Source: Pseudomonas aeruginosa (GTDB taxonomy: Bacteria; Pseudomonadota; Gammaproteobacteria; Pseudomonadales; Pseudomonadaceae). Taken from it: a DNA stretch of 32,000 nucleotides. Position numbers and translations under genes: made by a program. The DNA lies in the NCBI RefSeq assembly GCF_001457615.1, contig NZ_LN831024.1:3300001-3332000 (forward strand), read 5' to 3'. Below the pieces are notes generated by a model. The model ran no database searches. It was not told where the DNA came from and worked only from the letters and a program-made list of their open reading frames with translations. Numbering within the stretch: the stretch's first letter is position 1; each line of letters opens with the position of its first letter. Shown here piece after piece: positions 1 through 11,179 of the stretch.

Positions 1-2706
1 AGCGGCCGCTACGACGCCATGGAGCTGGGCGAGATCGCCTCGTCCAACGTGTTGCAGGCGCTGCGCCGGGTGGAGGGCGTGGGCAAGGTCGAGACCTGGG
101 GCGCCGAGTACGCCATGCGCATCTGGCCCGACCCGGCCAAGCTGACCTCGATGAACCTCAGCGCCAGCGACCTGGTCAACGCCGTGCGCCGGCACAACGC
201 CCGCCTCACCGTGGGCGACATCGGCAACCTCGGGGTCCCCGACTCGGCGCCGATCAGCGCCACGGTGAAGGTCGACGACACCCTGGTGACGCCCGAGCAG
301 TTCGGCGAAATTCCGCTGCGCATCCGCGCCGACGGCGGCGCGATCCGCCTGCGCGACGTGGCCCGCGTCGAGTTCGGCCAGAGCGAGTACGGCTTCGTCT
401 CGCGGGTCAACCAGATGACCGCCACCGGCCTGGCGGTGAAGATGGCGCCCGGCTCCAACGCGGTGGCCACCGCCAAGCGCATCCGCGCCACCCTCGACGA
501 GCTGTCGCGCTACTTCCCGGAGGGCGTGAGCTACAACATCCCCTATGACACCTCGGCGTTCGTCGAGATCTCGATCAGGAAGGTGGTCAGCACCCTGCTC
601 GAGGCGATGCTGCTGGTGTTCGCCGTGATGTACCTGTTCATGCAGAACTTCCGCGCCACCCTGATCCCGACACTGGTGGTGCCGGTGGCCCTGCTGGGCA
701 CCTTCACGGTGATGCTCGGCCTGGGCTTCTCGATCAACGTGCTGACCATGTTCGGCATGGTCCTGGCGATCGGCATCCTGGTGGACGACGCGATCATCGT
801 GGTGGAGAACGTCGAGCGGCTGATGGCCGAGGAAGGCCTGTCGCCGCACGACGCCACGGTCAAGGCGATGCGCCAGATCAGCGGGGCCATCGTCGGCATC
901 ACCGTGGTGCTGGTCTCGGTGTTCGTGCCGATGGCGTTCTTCAGCGGCGCGGTGGGCAACATCTACCGCCAGTTCGCGGTGACCCTGGCGGTCTCCATCG
1001 GCTTCTCGGCGTTCCTCGCGCTGTCGCTGACCCCGGCCCTGTGCGCCACCCTGCTGCGCCCGATCGACGCCGACCACCATGAGAAGCGCGGCTTCTTCGG
1101 CTGGTTCAACCGCGCCTTCCTGCGCCTGACCGGACGCTACCGCAACGCGGTGGCCGGCATCCTCGCCCGGCCGATCCGCTGGATGCTGGTCTACGCCCTG
1201 GTCATCGGCGTGGTCGCCCTGCTCTTCGTGCGCCTGCCGCAGGCGTTCCTGCCGGAAGAGGACCAGGGCGACTTCATGATCATGGTGATGCAGCCCGAAG
1301 GCACGCCGATGGCGGAGACCATGGCCAACGTCGGCGACGTCGAGCGCTACCTGGCGGAGCACGAACCGGTGGCCTACGCCTATGCGGTCGGCGGCTTCAG
1401 CCTGTACGGCGACGGCACCAGCTCGGCGATGATCTTCGCCACCCTGAAGGACTGGTCGGAACGCCGGGAGGCCAGCCAGCACGTCGGCGCCATCGTCGAG
1501 CGCATCAACCAGCGCTTCGCCGGCCTGCCCAACCGTACGGTGTATGCGATGAACTCGCCGCCGCTGCCGGACCTGGGTTCCACCAGCGGCTTCGACTTCC
1601 GCCTGCAGGACCGTGGCGGGGTTGGCTACGAGGCCCTGGTCAAGGCCCGCGACCAGTTGCTGGCGCGCGCCGCCGAAGACCCGCGCCTGGCCAACGTGAT
1701 GTTCGCCGGCCAGGGCGAGGCGCCGCAGATCCGCCTGGACATCGACCGGCGCAAGGCGGAGACCCTCGGCGTGAGCATGGACGAGATCAACACCACCCTG
1801 GCGGTGATGTTCGGCTCGGACTACATCGGCGACTTCATGCACGGTAGCCAGGTGCGCAAGGTGGTGGTCCAGGCCGACGGCGCCAAGCGCCTGGGCATCG
1901 ACGACATCGGCCGGCTTCACGTGCGCAACGAGCAGGGCGAGATGGTGCCGCTGGCGACGTTCGCCAAGGCCGCCTGGACCCTCGGCCCGCCGCAACTGAC
2001 CCGCTACAACGGCTATCCCTCGTTCAACCTCGAGGGCCAGGCCGCGCCGGGCTACAGCAGCGGCGAAGCCATGCAGGCGATGGAGCAATTGATGCAGGGA
2101 CTGCCCGAGGGCATCGCCCACGAGTGGTCCGGCCAGTCCTTCGAAGAACGCCTGTCCGGCGCCCAGGCGCCGGCGCTGTTCGCCCTCTCGGTGTTGATCG
2201 TGTTCCTCGCCCTGGCCGCCCTCTACGAAAGCTGGTCGATCCCGCTGGCGGTGATCCTGGTGGTGCCGCTGGGCGTACTCGGCGCACTGCTCGGGGTGAG
2301 CCTGCGCGGTCTGCCCAACGACATCTACTTCAAGGTCGGCCTGATCACCATCATCGGCCTCTCGGCGAAGAACGCCATCCTCATCATCGAGGTGGCCAAG
2401 GACCATTACCAGGAAGGCATGAGCCTGCTGCAGGCGACCCTGGAGGCCGCGCGCCTGCGCCTGCGACCGATCGTCATGACCTCGCTGGCGTTCGGTTTCG
2501 GCGTGGTCCCGCTGGCGCTCTCCAGCGGCGCCGGTTCCGGCGCCCAGGTCGCCATCGGCACCGGGGTGCTCGGCGGGATCGTCACCGCCACGGTACTCGC
2601 GGTGTTCCTGGTACCGCTGTTCTTCCTGGTGGTCGGGCGCCTGTTCCGGTTGCGCAAGGCGCCGCGCACCGGCAACTCGCCCCAGATCCCCACGGAGCAA
2701 GCCTGA
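1..2706 (+). CDS. mexY: RND multidrug efflux inner-membrane transporter (MexY-like), 5' end truncated by window edge
   Basis: Frame is open from base 1 to the TGA at 2704-2706. Protein has RND hallmarks (NFRATLIPTLVVPVALLGTFTVM, GILVDDAIIVVENVERLM, TSLAFGFGVVPLAL) and multiple TM segments. Gene context matches P. aeruginosa mexXY. Confidence 0.95.
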   Translation, partial: SGRYDAMELGEIASSNVLQALRRVEGVGKVETWGAEYAMRIWPDPAKLTSMNLSASDLVNAVRRHNARLTVGDIGNLGVPDSAPISATVKVDDTLVTPEQFGEIPLRIRADGGAIRLRDVARVEFGQSEYGFVSRVNQMTATGLAVKMAPGSNAVATAKRIRATLDELSRYFPEGVSYNIPYDTSAFVEISIRKVVSTLLEAMLLVFAVMYLFMQNFRATLIPTLVVPVALLGTFTVMLGLGFSINVLTMFGMVLAIGILVDDAIIVVENVERLMAEEGLSPHDATVKAMRQISGAIVGITVVLVSVFVPMAFFSGAVGNIYRQFAVTLAVSIGFSAFLALSLTPALCATLLRPIDADHHEKRGFFGWFNRAFLRLTGRYRNAVAGILARPIRWMLVYALVIGVVALLFVRLPQAFLPEEDQGDFMIMVMQPEGTPMAETMANVGDVERYLAEHEPVAYAYAVGGFSLYGDGTSSAMIFATLKDWSERREASQHVGAIVERINQRFAGLPNRTVYAMNSPPLPDLGSTSGFDFRLQDRGGVGYEALVKARDQLLARAAEDPRLANVMFAGQGEAPQIRLDIDRRKAETLGVSMDEINTTLAVMFGSDYIGDFMHGSQVRKVVVQADGAKRLGIDDIGRLHVRNEQGEMVPLATFAKAAWTLGPPQLTRYNGYPSFNLEGQAAPGYSSGEAMQAMEQLMQGLPEGIAHEWSGQSFEERLSGAQAPALFALSVLIVFLALAALYESWSIPLAVILVVPLGVLGALLGVSLRGLPNDIYFKVGLITIIGLSAKNAILIIEVAKDHYQEGMSLLQATLEAARLRLRPIVMTSLAFGFGVVPLALSSGAGSGAQVAIGTGVLGGIVTATVLAVFLVPLFFLVVGRLFRLRKAPRTGNSPQIPTEQA

Positions 2707-2924
2707 TGCCCCTAGCGAAACTCTCGCTCCCCACCCTGGCACTGTGCGTCGGGCTGCTCGGCGCCTGCTCGCCGACGCCTCGCCAGCCGCGCGCGGCCCC
2801 CATCGTTCCGGCCAACGGCCCCGACCTTCGGGGCAAGCTGGACGACTGGCAACAGCAGTTCACCGACCCGCTGCTGCGACAGATGATCGGCTACGCGCCG
2901 GCGCTATCCGGCGCGCAAGCCTGA
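2706..2924 (+). pseudogene. 72-codon remnant of an OprM/OprA-type outer-membrane factor lipoprotein gene, overlapping the mexY stop codon
   Basis: ATG at 2706 overlaps the mexY TGA (TGATG). Protein MPLAKLSLPTLALCVGLLGACSPTPRQ... has a lipoprotein signal with LLGAC lipobox, then W..QFTDPLLRQMIGYA resembling the start of the outer-membrane efflux domain, and stops after 72 codons instead of about 450-500. Confidence 0.65.
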
Positions 2925-2946
2925 ATTCCGCCGTCCTTTTCCCACC

Positions 2947-3876
2947 CTAGTCGGCCGCTGGCAGCGCTCGGCTGAAGCGGTAGAACAGGTTCGGCTCGCT
3001 GACCACGTACAGGCTGCCCCGGTCGTCCATCGCCAACCCTTCGGCCTGCGGCACGTCGTCCGTCAGGCCATGGTTGCCGCCACGCAGGGTCAGGCTGCCG
3101 AGCGGATCCCCGGCGCGATCCAGTTCGATGACCACCCGCGACTCGTCGGAAAGCACCAGCAGGTGATCGCTGGCCTTGTCGTAGTAGAGGCTCGACAGAT
3201 CGGTGAGGAACAACCCGCGATCGCGCTGCGGGTCGCCGCCGACGCTCAGGTCGAGCGCCTCGCCGCGGTCGTTGAAGAAGCCGTTTACCTCGATGATGCC
3301 CACCGGCGCCTTTTCCCGGGCCACGAACAGGCGCTCGCGCAGCGGGTCGTAGGCCAACCCCTCGAAGCCCTTGTTGCGCTTGTTTGCACTGCCCAGGGAG
3401 AACTTCCGGGCGTTGCGCGGATCGTCGATGTCGATCACCCGGGTGTCGGCGTCGACATGGATCTCCACCAGGCGTTGGCGACGCTCCTCGGCGACCACGT
3501 AGACGCCGGGCCGGATGTACTCGATAGCCTCCGGATCCTGGAAACCGCGCAGGGGGATGCGTCGCAGCAATTCGCCGTCCAGCGACAGCTCGAGGAAATG
3601 CGGGTCCTGGTTGGTCACGCTGACCAGGCTGCGCCGGCTGGGGTCGAAGGACAGCGCCGACACGTTGGACTCCGCGCCCAGCACGCGGGCTTCGATATCG
3701 ACCCGATAGTCGGCCAGGCGCAGGGCGTTCTCGCGCGCAACATCGCCGCCGTAGCGCTGCTCCAGCTTGAACCAGATTCGCTCGAACGCGCGCTGCTGCT
3801 GGCCCGCCACCAGCAGCGCAAGCAACGCGGCGAGCAGGCAAGCCAGCAGCGTCCTGTAGGTCATCAGCCGACTCAT
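2947..3876 (-). CDS. SdiA-regulated / YjiK-like beta-propeller protein, probably membrane-anchored or exported
   Basis: ORF 2947-3969; internal Met at 3876 gives MSRLMTYRTLLACLLAALLALLVAG, an N-terminal hydrophobic segment. Body has motifs such as NKGFEGLAYDPLRERLFVAREK and LSSLYYDKASDHLLVLSDES typical of the family. Confidence 0.75.
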   Translation of the reverse strand: MSRLMTYRTLLACLLAALLALLVAGQQQRAFERIWFKLEQRYGGDVARENALRLADYRVDIEARVLGAESNVSALSFDPSRRSLVSVTNQDPHFLELSLDGELLRRIPLRGFQDPEAIEYIRPGVYVVAEERRQRLVEIHVDADTRVIDIDDPRNARKFSLGSANKRNKGFEGLAYDPLRERLFVAREKAPVGIIEVNGFFNDRGEALDLSVGGDPQRDRGLFLTDLSSLYYDKASDHLLVLSDESRVVIELDRAGDPLGSLTLRGGNHGLTDDVPQAEGLAMDDRGSLYVVSEPNLFYRFSRALPAAD

Positions 3877-4028
3877 CGTTACGACTCCTCCGAGAAACAC
3901 AGTGTTCGGCGAAGCAGAACAGAGCCATCCGCGCCCTTTCATGAGGCGCCGATTAAATCTTTCTGACAAGCATCTTTCACGGCTGTCATTTTTCCCCCGT
4001 TCCAGGCGTTGACAGGATTTCGGCGCAG

Positions 4029-4046
4029 CTTTACGTTAACGTAAAG
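4029..4046. promoter_or_regulatory. Perfect 18-bp palindrome CTTTACGTTAACGTAAAG, candidate LiuR operator
   Basis: Read directly; it lies 22 bp upstream of the liuR ATG, with TTGACA at 4009-4014 as a possible -35. Sequence resembles operators described for LiuR-type MerR regulators. Confidence 0.7.
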
Positions 4047-4068
4047 GTAAACAAGCAGGTGCCAGCGC

Positions 4069-4473
4069 ATGTCCATCACCTACACCATCTCCGATCTCGC
4101 CCGCGAACTGGACATCACCACCCGCGCCATCCGCTTCTACGAGGAGCAAGGCCTGCTCTCCCCCGAGCGACGCGGCCAGGAACGCATCTATTCGCCGCGC
4201 GACAAGGTCAGCCTGAAGCTGATCCTGCGCGGCAAGCGCATCGGTTTTTCCCTCGCCGAATGCCGCGAACTGATCGAGCTCTACGACCCGGACCCGAGCA
4301 GCGGCAACCAGAAGCAGTTGAACACCATGCTGGAGAAGATCGCCGAGCGCCGCGCCCAGCTGGAACAACAGTTGCTGGACATCGAACAGATGCAGCTGGA
4401 ACTGGATACTGCCGAGGAGCGCTGTCGAGCGGCGCTTATCAAAAGCTATAACAAACATACAGTTGAAACATAA
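4069..4473 (+). CDS. liuR: MerR-family regulator of the liu operon
   Basis: 134-aa protein with MerR N-terminal HTH (YTISDLARELDITTRAIRFYEEQGLLSPERRGQERIYSPRD), directly upstream of the liu genes. Confidence 0.9.
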   Translation: MSITYTISDLARELDITTRAIRFYEEQGLLSPERRGQERIYSPRDKVSLKLILRGKRIGFSLAECRELIELYDPDPSSGNQKQLNTMLEKIAERRAQLEQQLLDIEQMQLELDTAEERCRAALIKSYNKHTVET

Positions 4474-4521
4474 ACCTCATTCAAAGCTTTAAACCGGACA
4501 AGCACAATTACAGGTGAAAGC

Positions 4522-5685
4522 ATGACCTATCCCAGCCTCAACTTCGCCCTCGGCGAAACCATCGACATGCTCCGCGACCAGGTGCGCGGCTTCGTCGCCG
4601 CCGAACTGCAGCCGCGCGCCGCGCAGATCGACCAGGACAATCAGTTCCCCATGGACATGTGGCGCAAGTTCGGCGAGATGGGCCTGCTCGGCATCACCGT
4701 CGACGAGGAGTACGGCGGTTCGGCGCTGGGCTACCTGGCCCACGCCGTGGTCATGGAAGAGATCAGCCGGGCCTCGGCTTCGGTGGCGCTCTCCTATGGC
4801 GCGCATTCCAACCTCTGCGTCAACCAGATCAAGCGCAACGGCAACGCCGAACAGAAGGCCCGCTACCTGCCGGCCCTGGTATCCGGCGAAAACATCGGTG
4901 CGCTGGCGATGAGCGAACCCAACGCCGGCTCCGACGTGGTCTCGATGAAGCTGCGCGCGGACCGGGTCGGCGACCGCTTCGTTCTCAACGGCAGCAAGAT
5001 GTGGATCACCAACGGTCCCGATGCCCATACCTATGTGATCTACGCCAAGACCGACGCGGACAAGGGCGCGCACGGGATCACCGCGTTCATCGTCGAGCGC
5101 GACTGGAAAGGCTTCAGTCGCGGGCCGAAGCTGGACAAGCTGGGCATGCGCGGCTCGAACACCTGCGAACTGATCTTCCAGGACGTCGAGGTACCCGAGG
5201 AGAACGTCCTCGGCGCGGTCAACGGCGGGGTCAAGGTACTGATGAGCGGCCTCGACTACGAGCGCGTGGTGCTTTCCGGCGGCCCGGTGGGAATCATGCA
5301 GGCGTGCATGGACGTGGTGGTGCCGTACATCCATGACCGCCGCCAGTTCGGCCAGAGCATCGGCGAATTCCAGCTGGTCCAGGGCAAGGTGGCCGACATG
5401 TACACCGCCCTCAACGCCAGCCGCGCCTACCTGTACGCCGTGGCCGCCGCCTGCGACCGCGGCGAGACGACCCGCAAGGACGCCGCCGGGGTGATCCTCT
5501 ACAGCGCCGAGCGCGCCACCCAGATGGCCCTGGACGCGATCCAGATCCTCGGCGGCAACGGCTACATCAACGAGTTTCCCACCGGCCGCCTGTTGCGCGA
5601 CGCCAAGCTCTACGAGATCGGCGCCGGCACCAGCGAGATCCGCCGCATGCTGATCGGCCGCGAGCTGTTCAACGAAACCCGCTGA
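4522..5685 (+). CDS. liuA: Isovaleryl-CoA dehydrogenase
   Basis: 387-aa acyl-CoA dehydrogenase ([21 protein letters not shown]; [48 protein letters not shown]). SD-like AGGTGAAAG before ATG. Confidence 0.93.
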   Translation: MTYPSLNFALGETIDMLRDQVRGFVAAELQPRAAQIDQDNQFPMDMWRKFGEMGLLGITVDEEYGGSALGYLAHAVVMEEISRASASVALSYGAHSNLCVNQIKRNGNAEQKARYLPALVSGENIGALAMSEPNAGSDVVSMKLRADRVGDRFVLNGSKMWITNGPDAHTYVIYAKTDADKGAHGITAFIVERDWKGFSRGPKLDKLGMRGSNTCELIFQDVEVPEENVLGAVNGGVKVLMSGLDYERVVLSGGPVGIMQACMDVVVPYIHDRRQFGQSIGEFQLVQGKVADMYTALNASRAYLYAVAAACDRGETTRKDAAGVILYSAERATQMALDAIQILGGNGYINEFPTGRLLRDAKLYEIGAGTSEIRRMLIGRELFNETR

Positions 5686-5807
5686 AGCCTCGCTCTTCCC
5701 GGCCCTTTGCCGCCAGGGAGAGGGCATTCCATTGCATCGACAGGCGCATCGCCAGGTCGGGAGCGGGCGCCAACCGCTTCCGCCCACCTCGACACGGAGC
5801 CACCGCC

Positions 5808-7415
<1,608 letters not shown>

Positions 7416-7428
7416 CGAGCAGACCAGC

Positions 7429-8226
7429 ATGAGCGAATTCCAGACCATCCAGCTTGAGATCGACCCGCGCGGCGTAGCCACCCTGTGGCTGGACCGGGCG
7501 GAAAAGAACAACGCCTTCAATGCCGTCGTGATCGGCGAACTGTTGCAGGCCATCGATCGCGTCGGCAGCGACCCGCAGGTCCGCCTGCTGGTGCTGCGCG
7601 GCCGTGGCCGGCACTTCTGCGGCGGTGCCGACCTGGCCTGGATGCAGCAGTCGGTGGACCTCGACTACCAGGGCAACCTGGCCGACGCCCAGCGCATCGC
7701 CGAACTCATGACCCATCTCTACAACCTGCCCAAGCCGACCCTGGCGGTGGTCCAGGGCGCGGTGTTCGGCGGCGGGGTCGGCCTGGTCAGTTGCTGCGAT
7801 ATGGCCATCGGCAGCGACGACGCGACCTTCTGCCTGTCCGAGGTACGCATCGGCCTGATCCCGGCGACCATCGCCCCGTTCGTGGTCAAGGCCATCGGCC
7901 AGCGCGCCGCGCGGCGCTATTCGCTGACCGCCGAGCGCTTCGACGGACGCCGCGCCAGCGAACTGGGCCTGCTCAGCGAAAGCTGTCCCGCCGCCGAACT
8001 GGAAAGCCAGGCCGAGGCCTGGATCGCCAACCTGCTGCAAAACAGCCCGCGCGCCCTGGTCGCCTGCAAGGCGCTCTACCATGAGGTCGAGGCCGCCGAG
8101 CTGAGCCCGGCGCTGCGCCGCTACACCGAGGCGGCCATCGCCCGCATCCGCATCAGCCCGGAAGGCCAGGAAGGCCTGCGCGCCTTCCTGGAGAAACGCA
8201 CGCCCGCCTGGAGAAACGACGCATGA
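7429..8226 (+). CDS. liuC: Enoyl-CoA hydratase family, probable 3-methylglutaconyl-CoA hydratase
   Basis: 265-aa crotonase-fold protein (LRGRGRHFCGGADLAWM; AVFGGGVGLVSCCDMAIGSDDATFCLSEVRIGLIPATIAP) within the liu operon. Confidence 0.9.
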   Translation: MSEFQTIQLEIDPRGVATLWLDRAEKNNAFNAVVIGELLQAIDRVGSDPQVRLLVLRGRGRHFCGGADLAWMQQSVDLDYQGNLADAQRIAELMTHLYNLPKPTLAVVQGAVFGGGVGLVSCCDMAIGSDDATFCLSEVRIGLIPATIAPFVVKAIGQRAARRYSLTAERFDGRRASELGLLSESCPAAELESQAEAWIANLLQNSPRALVACKALYHEVEAAELSPALRRYTEAAIARIRISPEGQEGLRAFLEKRTPAWRNDA

Positions 8227-10189
8227 ACCCGGACTACCGCAGCATCCAGCGCCTCCTGGTCGCCAACCGCGGCGAGATCGCCTGCCGGGTGATGCGCAGC
8301 GCGCGCGCCCTCGGCATCGGCAGCGTCGCCGTGCACAGCGACATCGACCGCCACGCCCGCCACGTCGCCGAAGCCGACATCGCCGTCGACCTGGGCGGCG
8401 CCAAGCCCGTCGACAGCTACCTGCGCGGCGACAGGATCATCGCCGCCGCCCTCGCCAGCGGCGCCCAGGCGATCCACCCCGGCTACGGCTTCCTCTCGGA
8501 GAACGCCGACTTCGCCCGCGCCTGCGAGGAAGCCGGCCTGCTCTTCCTCGGACCGCCGGCGGCGGCCATCGACGCCATGGGCAGCAAGTCGGCCGCCAAG
8601 GCGCTGATGGAAGAAGCCGGCGTGCCGCTGGTGCCCGGCTATCACGGCGAAGCCCAGGACCTCGAGACTTTCCGCCGGGAAGCCGGGCGCATCGGCTACC
8701 CGGTGCTGCTCAAGGCCGCCGCTGGCGGCGGCGGCAAGGGCATGAAGGTGGTGGAGCGCGAGGCCGAGCTGGCCGAGGCCCTTTCCTCCGCCCAGCGCGA
8801 GGCCAAGGCCGCCTTCGGCGACGCGCGGATGCTGGTGGAGAAATACCTGCTGAAGCCGCGCCACGTGGAGATCCAGGTATTCGCCGACCGCCATGGCCAC
8901 TGCCTGTACCTCAACGAACGCGACTGTTCGATCCAGCGCCGCCACCAGAAGGTCGTCGAGGAAGCCCCGCCCCCGGTCTCGGTGTGGAACTGCGCCGGGC
9001 CATGGGCGAGGCCGCGGTACGCGCGGCGCAGGCGATCGGCTACCTCGGCGCCGGTACCGTCGAATTCCTCCTCGACGAACGCGGCCAGTTCTTCTTCATG
9101 GAAATGAACACCCGCCTGCAGGTGGAACACCCGGTCACCGAGGCCATCACCGGCCTCGACCTGGTCGCCTGGCAGATCCGCGTCGCTCGCGGCGAGGCGC
9201 TGCCGCTGACACAGGAACAGGTGCCGCTGAACGGCCACGCCATCGAAGTGCGGCTCTACGCGGAAGACCCCGAGGGCGGCTTCCTCCCCGCCAGCGGCCG
9301 CCTGGCGCTGTACCGCGAAGCGCCCGCCGGCCCCGGCCGGCGGGTCGACAGCGGGGTACGCGAAGGCGACGAGGTCTCGCCGTTCTACGACCCGATGCTG
9401 GCCAAGCTGATCGCCTGGGGCGAAACCCGCGAGGAAGCCCGCCAGCGCCTGCTGGCGATGCTGGCGGAAACCTCGGTCGGCGGCCTGCGCACCAACCTGG
9501 CGTTCCTCCGCCGCATCCTCGGCCATCCGGCGTTCGCCGCCGCCGAACTGGACACCGGGTTCATCGCGCGCCACCAAGACGACCTGCTGCCGGCGCCGCA
9601 AGCGCTGCCGGAGCATTTCTGGCAAGCCGCCGCCGAAGCCTGGCTGCAGAGCGAACCGGGCCACCGTCGCGACGACGACCCGCATTCGCCGTGGAGCCGC
9701 AACGACGGCTGGCGCAGCGCCCTGGCGCGGGAGGCCGACCTGATGCTGCGCTGCCGCGACGAACGCCGCTGCGTCCGCCTGCGCCACGCCAGCCCCAGCC
9801 AGTATCGCCTGGACGGCGACGACCTGGTCAGCCGGGTGGACGGTGTCACCCGTCGCTCGGCGGCGTTGCGCCGCGGACGCCAGTTGTTCCTCGAATGGGA
9901 GGGCGAACTGCTGGCCATCGAAGCCGTCGACCCGATCGCCGAGGCCGAGGCCGCCCATGCCCACCAGGGCGGTTTGAGCGCGCCGATGAACGGCAGTATC
10001 GTGCGGGTCCTGGTCGAGCCCGGCCAGACGGTCGAAGCCGGCGCCACCCTGGTGGTGCTGGAGGCGATGAAGATGGAGCACAGCATCCGCGCGCCCCACG
10101 CCGGGGTAGTGAAGGCGCTGTATTGCAGCGAGGGCGAACTGGTCGAGGAAGGCACGCCGCTGGTGGAGCTGGACGAGAACCAGGCCTGA
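8223..10189 (+). pseudogene. liuD: 3-methylcrotonyl-CoA carboxylase, biotin-containing (alpha) subunit, interrupted by a -1 frameshift at about 8969
   Basis: ORF 8223-9107 gives the biotin carboxylase N-terminus in frame to DCSIQRRHQKVVEEAP, then diverges. The rest (GLGVELRRAMGEAAVRAAQAIGY...EAMKMEHSIRAPHAG...DENQA) continues in another frame to 10189. Span is 1967 nt, one short of 656 codons. Confidence 0.88.
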
Positions 10190-10209
10190 CAGCCAAGACG
10201 AGGAACAGC

Positions 10210-11112
10210 ATGAACCTGCCGAAGAAGGTCCGCCTGGTGGAGGTCGGTCCGCGCGACGGACTGCAGAACGAGAAACAGCCGATCGAGGTGGCCGACAAGA
10301 TCCGCCTGGTCGATGACCTGAGCGCCGCCGGCCTGGACTACATCGAAGTGGGCAGCTTCGTCTCGCCCAAGTGGGTGCCGCAGATGGCCGGCTCGGCCGA
10401 GGTATTCGCCGGCATCCGCCAGCGTCCCGGCGTGACCTACGCGGCGCTGGCGCCGAACCTGAAAGGCTTCGAGGCGGCGCTGGAGTCGGGAGTGAAGGAA
10501 GTGGCGGTGTTCGCCGCCGCGTCGGAAGCCTTCTCCCAGCGCAACATCAACTGCTCGATCAAGGACAGCCTGGAGCGCTTCGTACCGGTGCTGGAGGCGG
10601 CGCGCCAGCACCAGGTGCGGGTGCGCGGCTACATTTCCTGCGTGCTCGGCTGTCCCTACGACGGCGATGTCGATCCGCGCCAGGTCGCCTGGGTCGCCCG
10701 CGAACTCCAGCAGATGGGCTGCTACGAAGTGTCCCTGGGCGACACCATCGGCGTCGGCACCGCCGGTGCCACCCGCCGGCTGATCGAGGCGGTGGCCAGC
10801 GAGGTTCCCCGCGAGCGCCTCGCCGGGCACTTCCACGACACCTACGGGCAGGCCCTGGCGAACATCTACGCCAGCCTGCTGGAAGGCGTCGCGGTATTCG
10901 ACAGCTCGGTGGCCGGCCTCGGCGGTTGTCCCTACGCCAAGGGCGCCACCGGCAACGTCGCCAGCGAAGACGTCCTCTACCTGCTGAACGGCCTGGAGAT
11001 CCATACCGGGGTCGACATGCACGCCCTGGTCGACGCCGGCCAGCGCATCTGCGCGGTGCTCGGCAAGAGCAACGGATCGCGAGCGGCGAAGGCGTTGCTG
11101 GCCAAGGCCTGA
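10210..11112 (+). CDS. liuE: Hydroxymethylglutaryl-CoA lyase
   Basis: 300-aa protein from ATG 10210 inside ORF 8893-11112 (VRLVEVGPRDGLQNEKQ; HFHDTYGQALANIYASL; GLGGCPYAKGATGNVASEDV), classic HMG-CoA lyase signature. Confidence 0.94.
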   Translation: MNLPKKVRLVEVGPRDGLQNEKQPIEVADKIRLVDDLSAAGLDYIEVGSFVSPKWVPQMAGSAEVFAGIRQRPGVTYAALAPNLKGFEAALESGVKEVAVFAAASEAFSQRNINCSIKDSLERFVPVLEAARQHQVRVRGYISCVLGCPYDGDVDPRQVAWVARELQQMGCYEVSLGDTIGVGTAGATRRLIEAVASEVPRERLAGHFHDTYGQALANIYASLLEGVAVFDSSVAGLGGCPYAKGATGNVASEDVLYLLNGLEIHTGVDMHALVDAGQRICAVLGKSNGSRAAKALLAKA

Positions 11113-11117
11113 GAAGC

Positions 11118-11145
11118 GGCGGATAACCGCGGGCGGTTATCCGCC
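11118..11145. terminator. Hairpin GGCGGATAACCGC-GG-GCGGTTATCCGCC between convergent liuE and the IclR-family gene
   Basis: 13-nt perfect inverted repeat starting a few nt after the liuE stop; no strong T-tract, so terminator role is inferred. Confidence 0.55.
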
Positions 11146-11179
11146 CTACCTGACATCACCCTCAGGCTCGGAGACTGCA

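Noticed and set aside
2124-2705. Extended reading frame upstream of the 72-aa efflux remnant
   Set aside because: Arg/Pro-rich alternate frame inside mexY; the lipoprotein signal starts only at ATG 2706.
8893-10209. Long extension upstream of HMG-CoA lyase in the same frame
   Set aside because: It is an alternate frame of liuD; the real liuE start is ATG 10210 with AGGAAC upstream.
9385-11022. 545-codon minus-strand ORF across liuD and liuE
   Set aside because: Spans opposite two well-recognised genes and has no recognisable domain; a codon-bias artefact.
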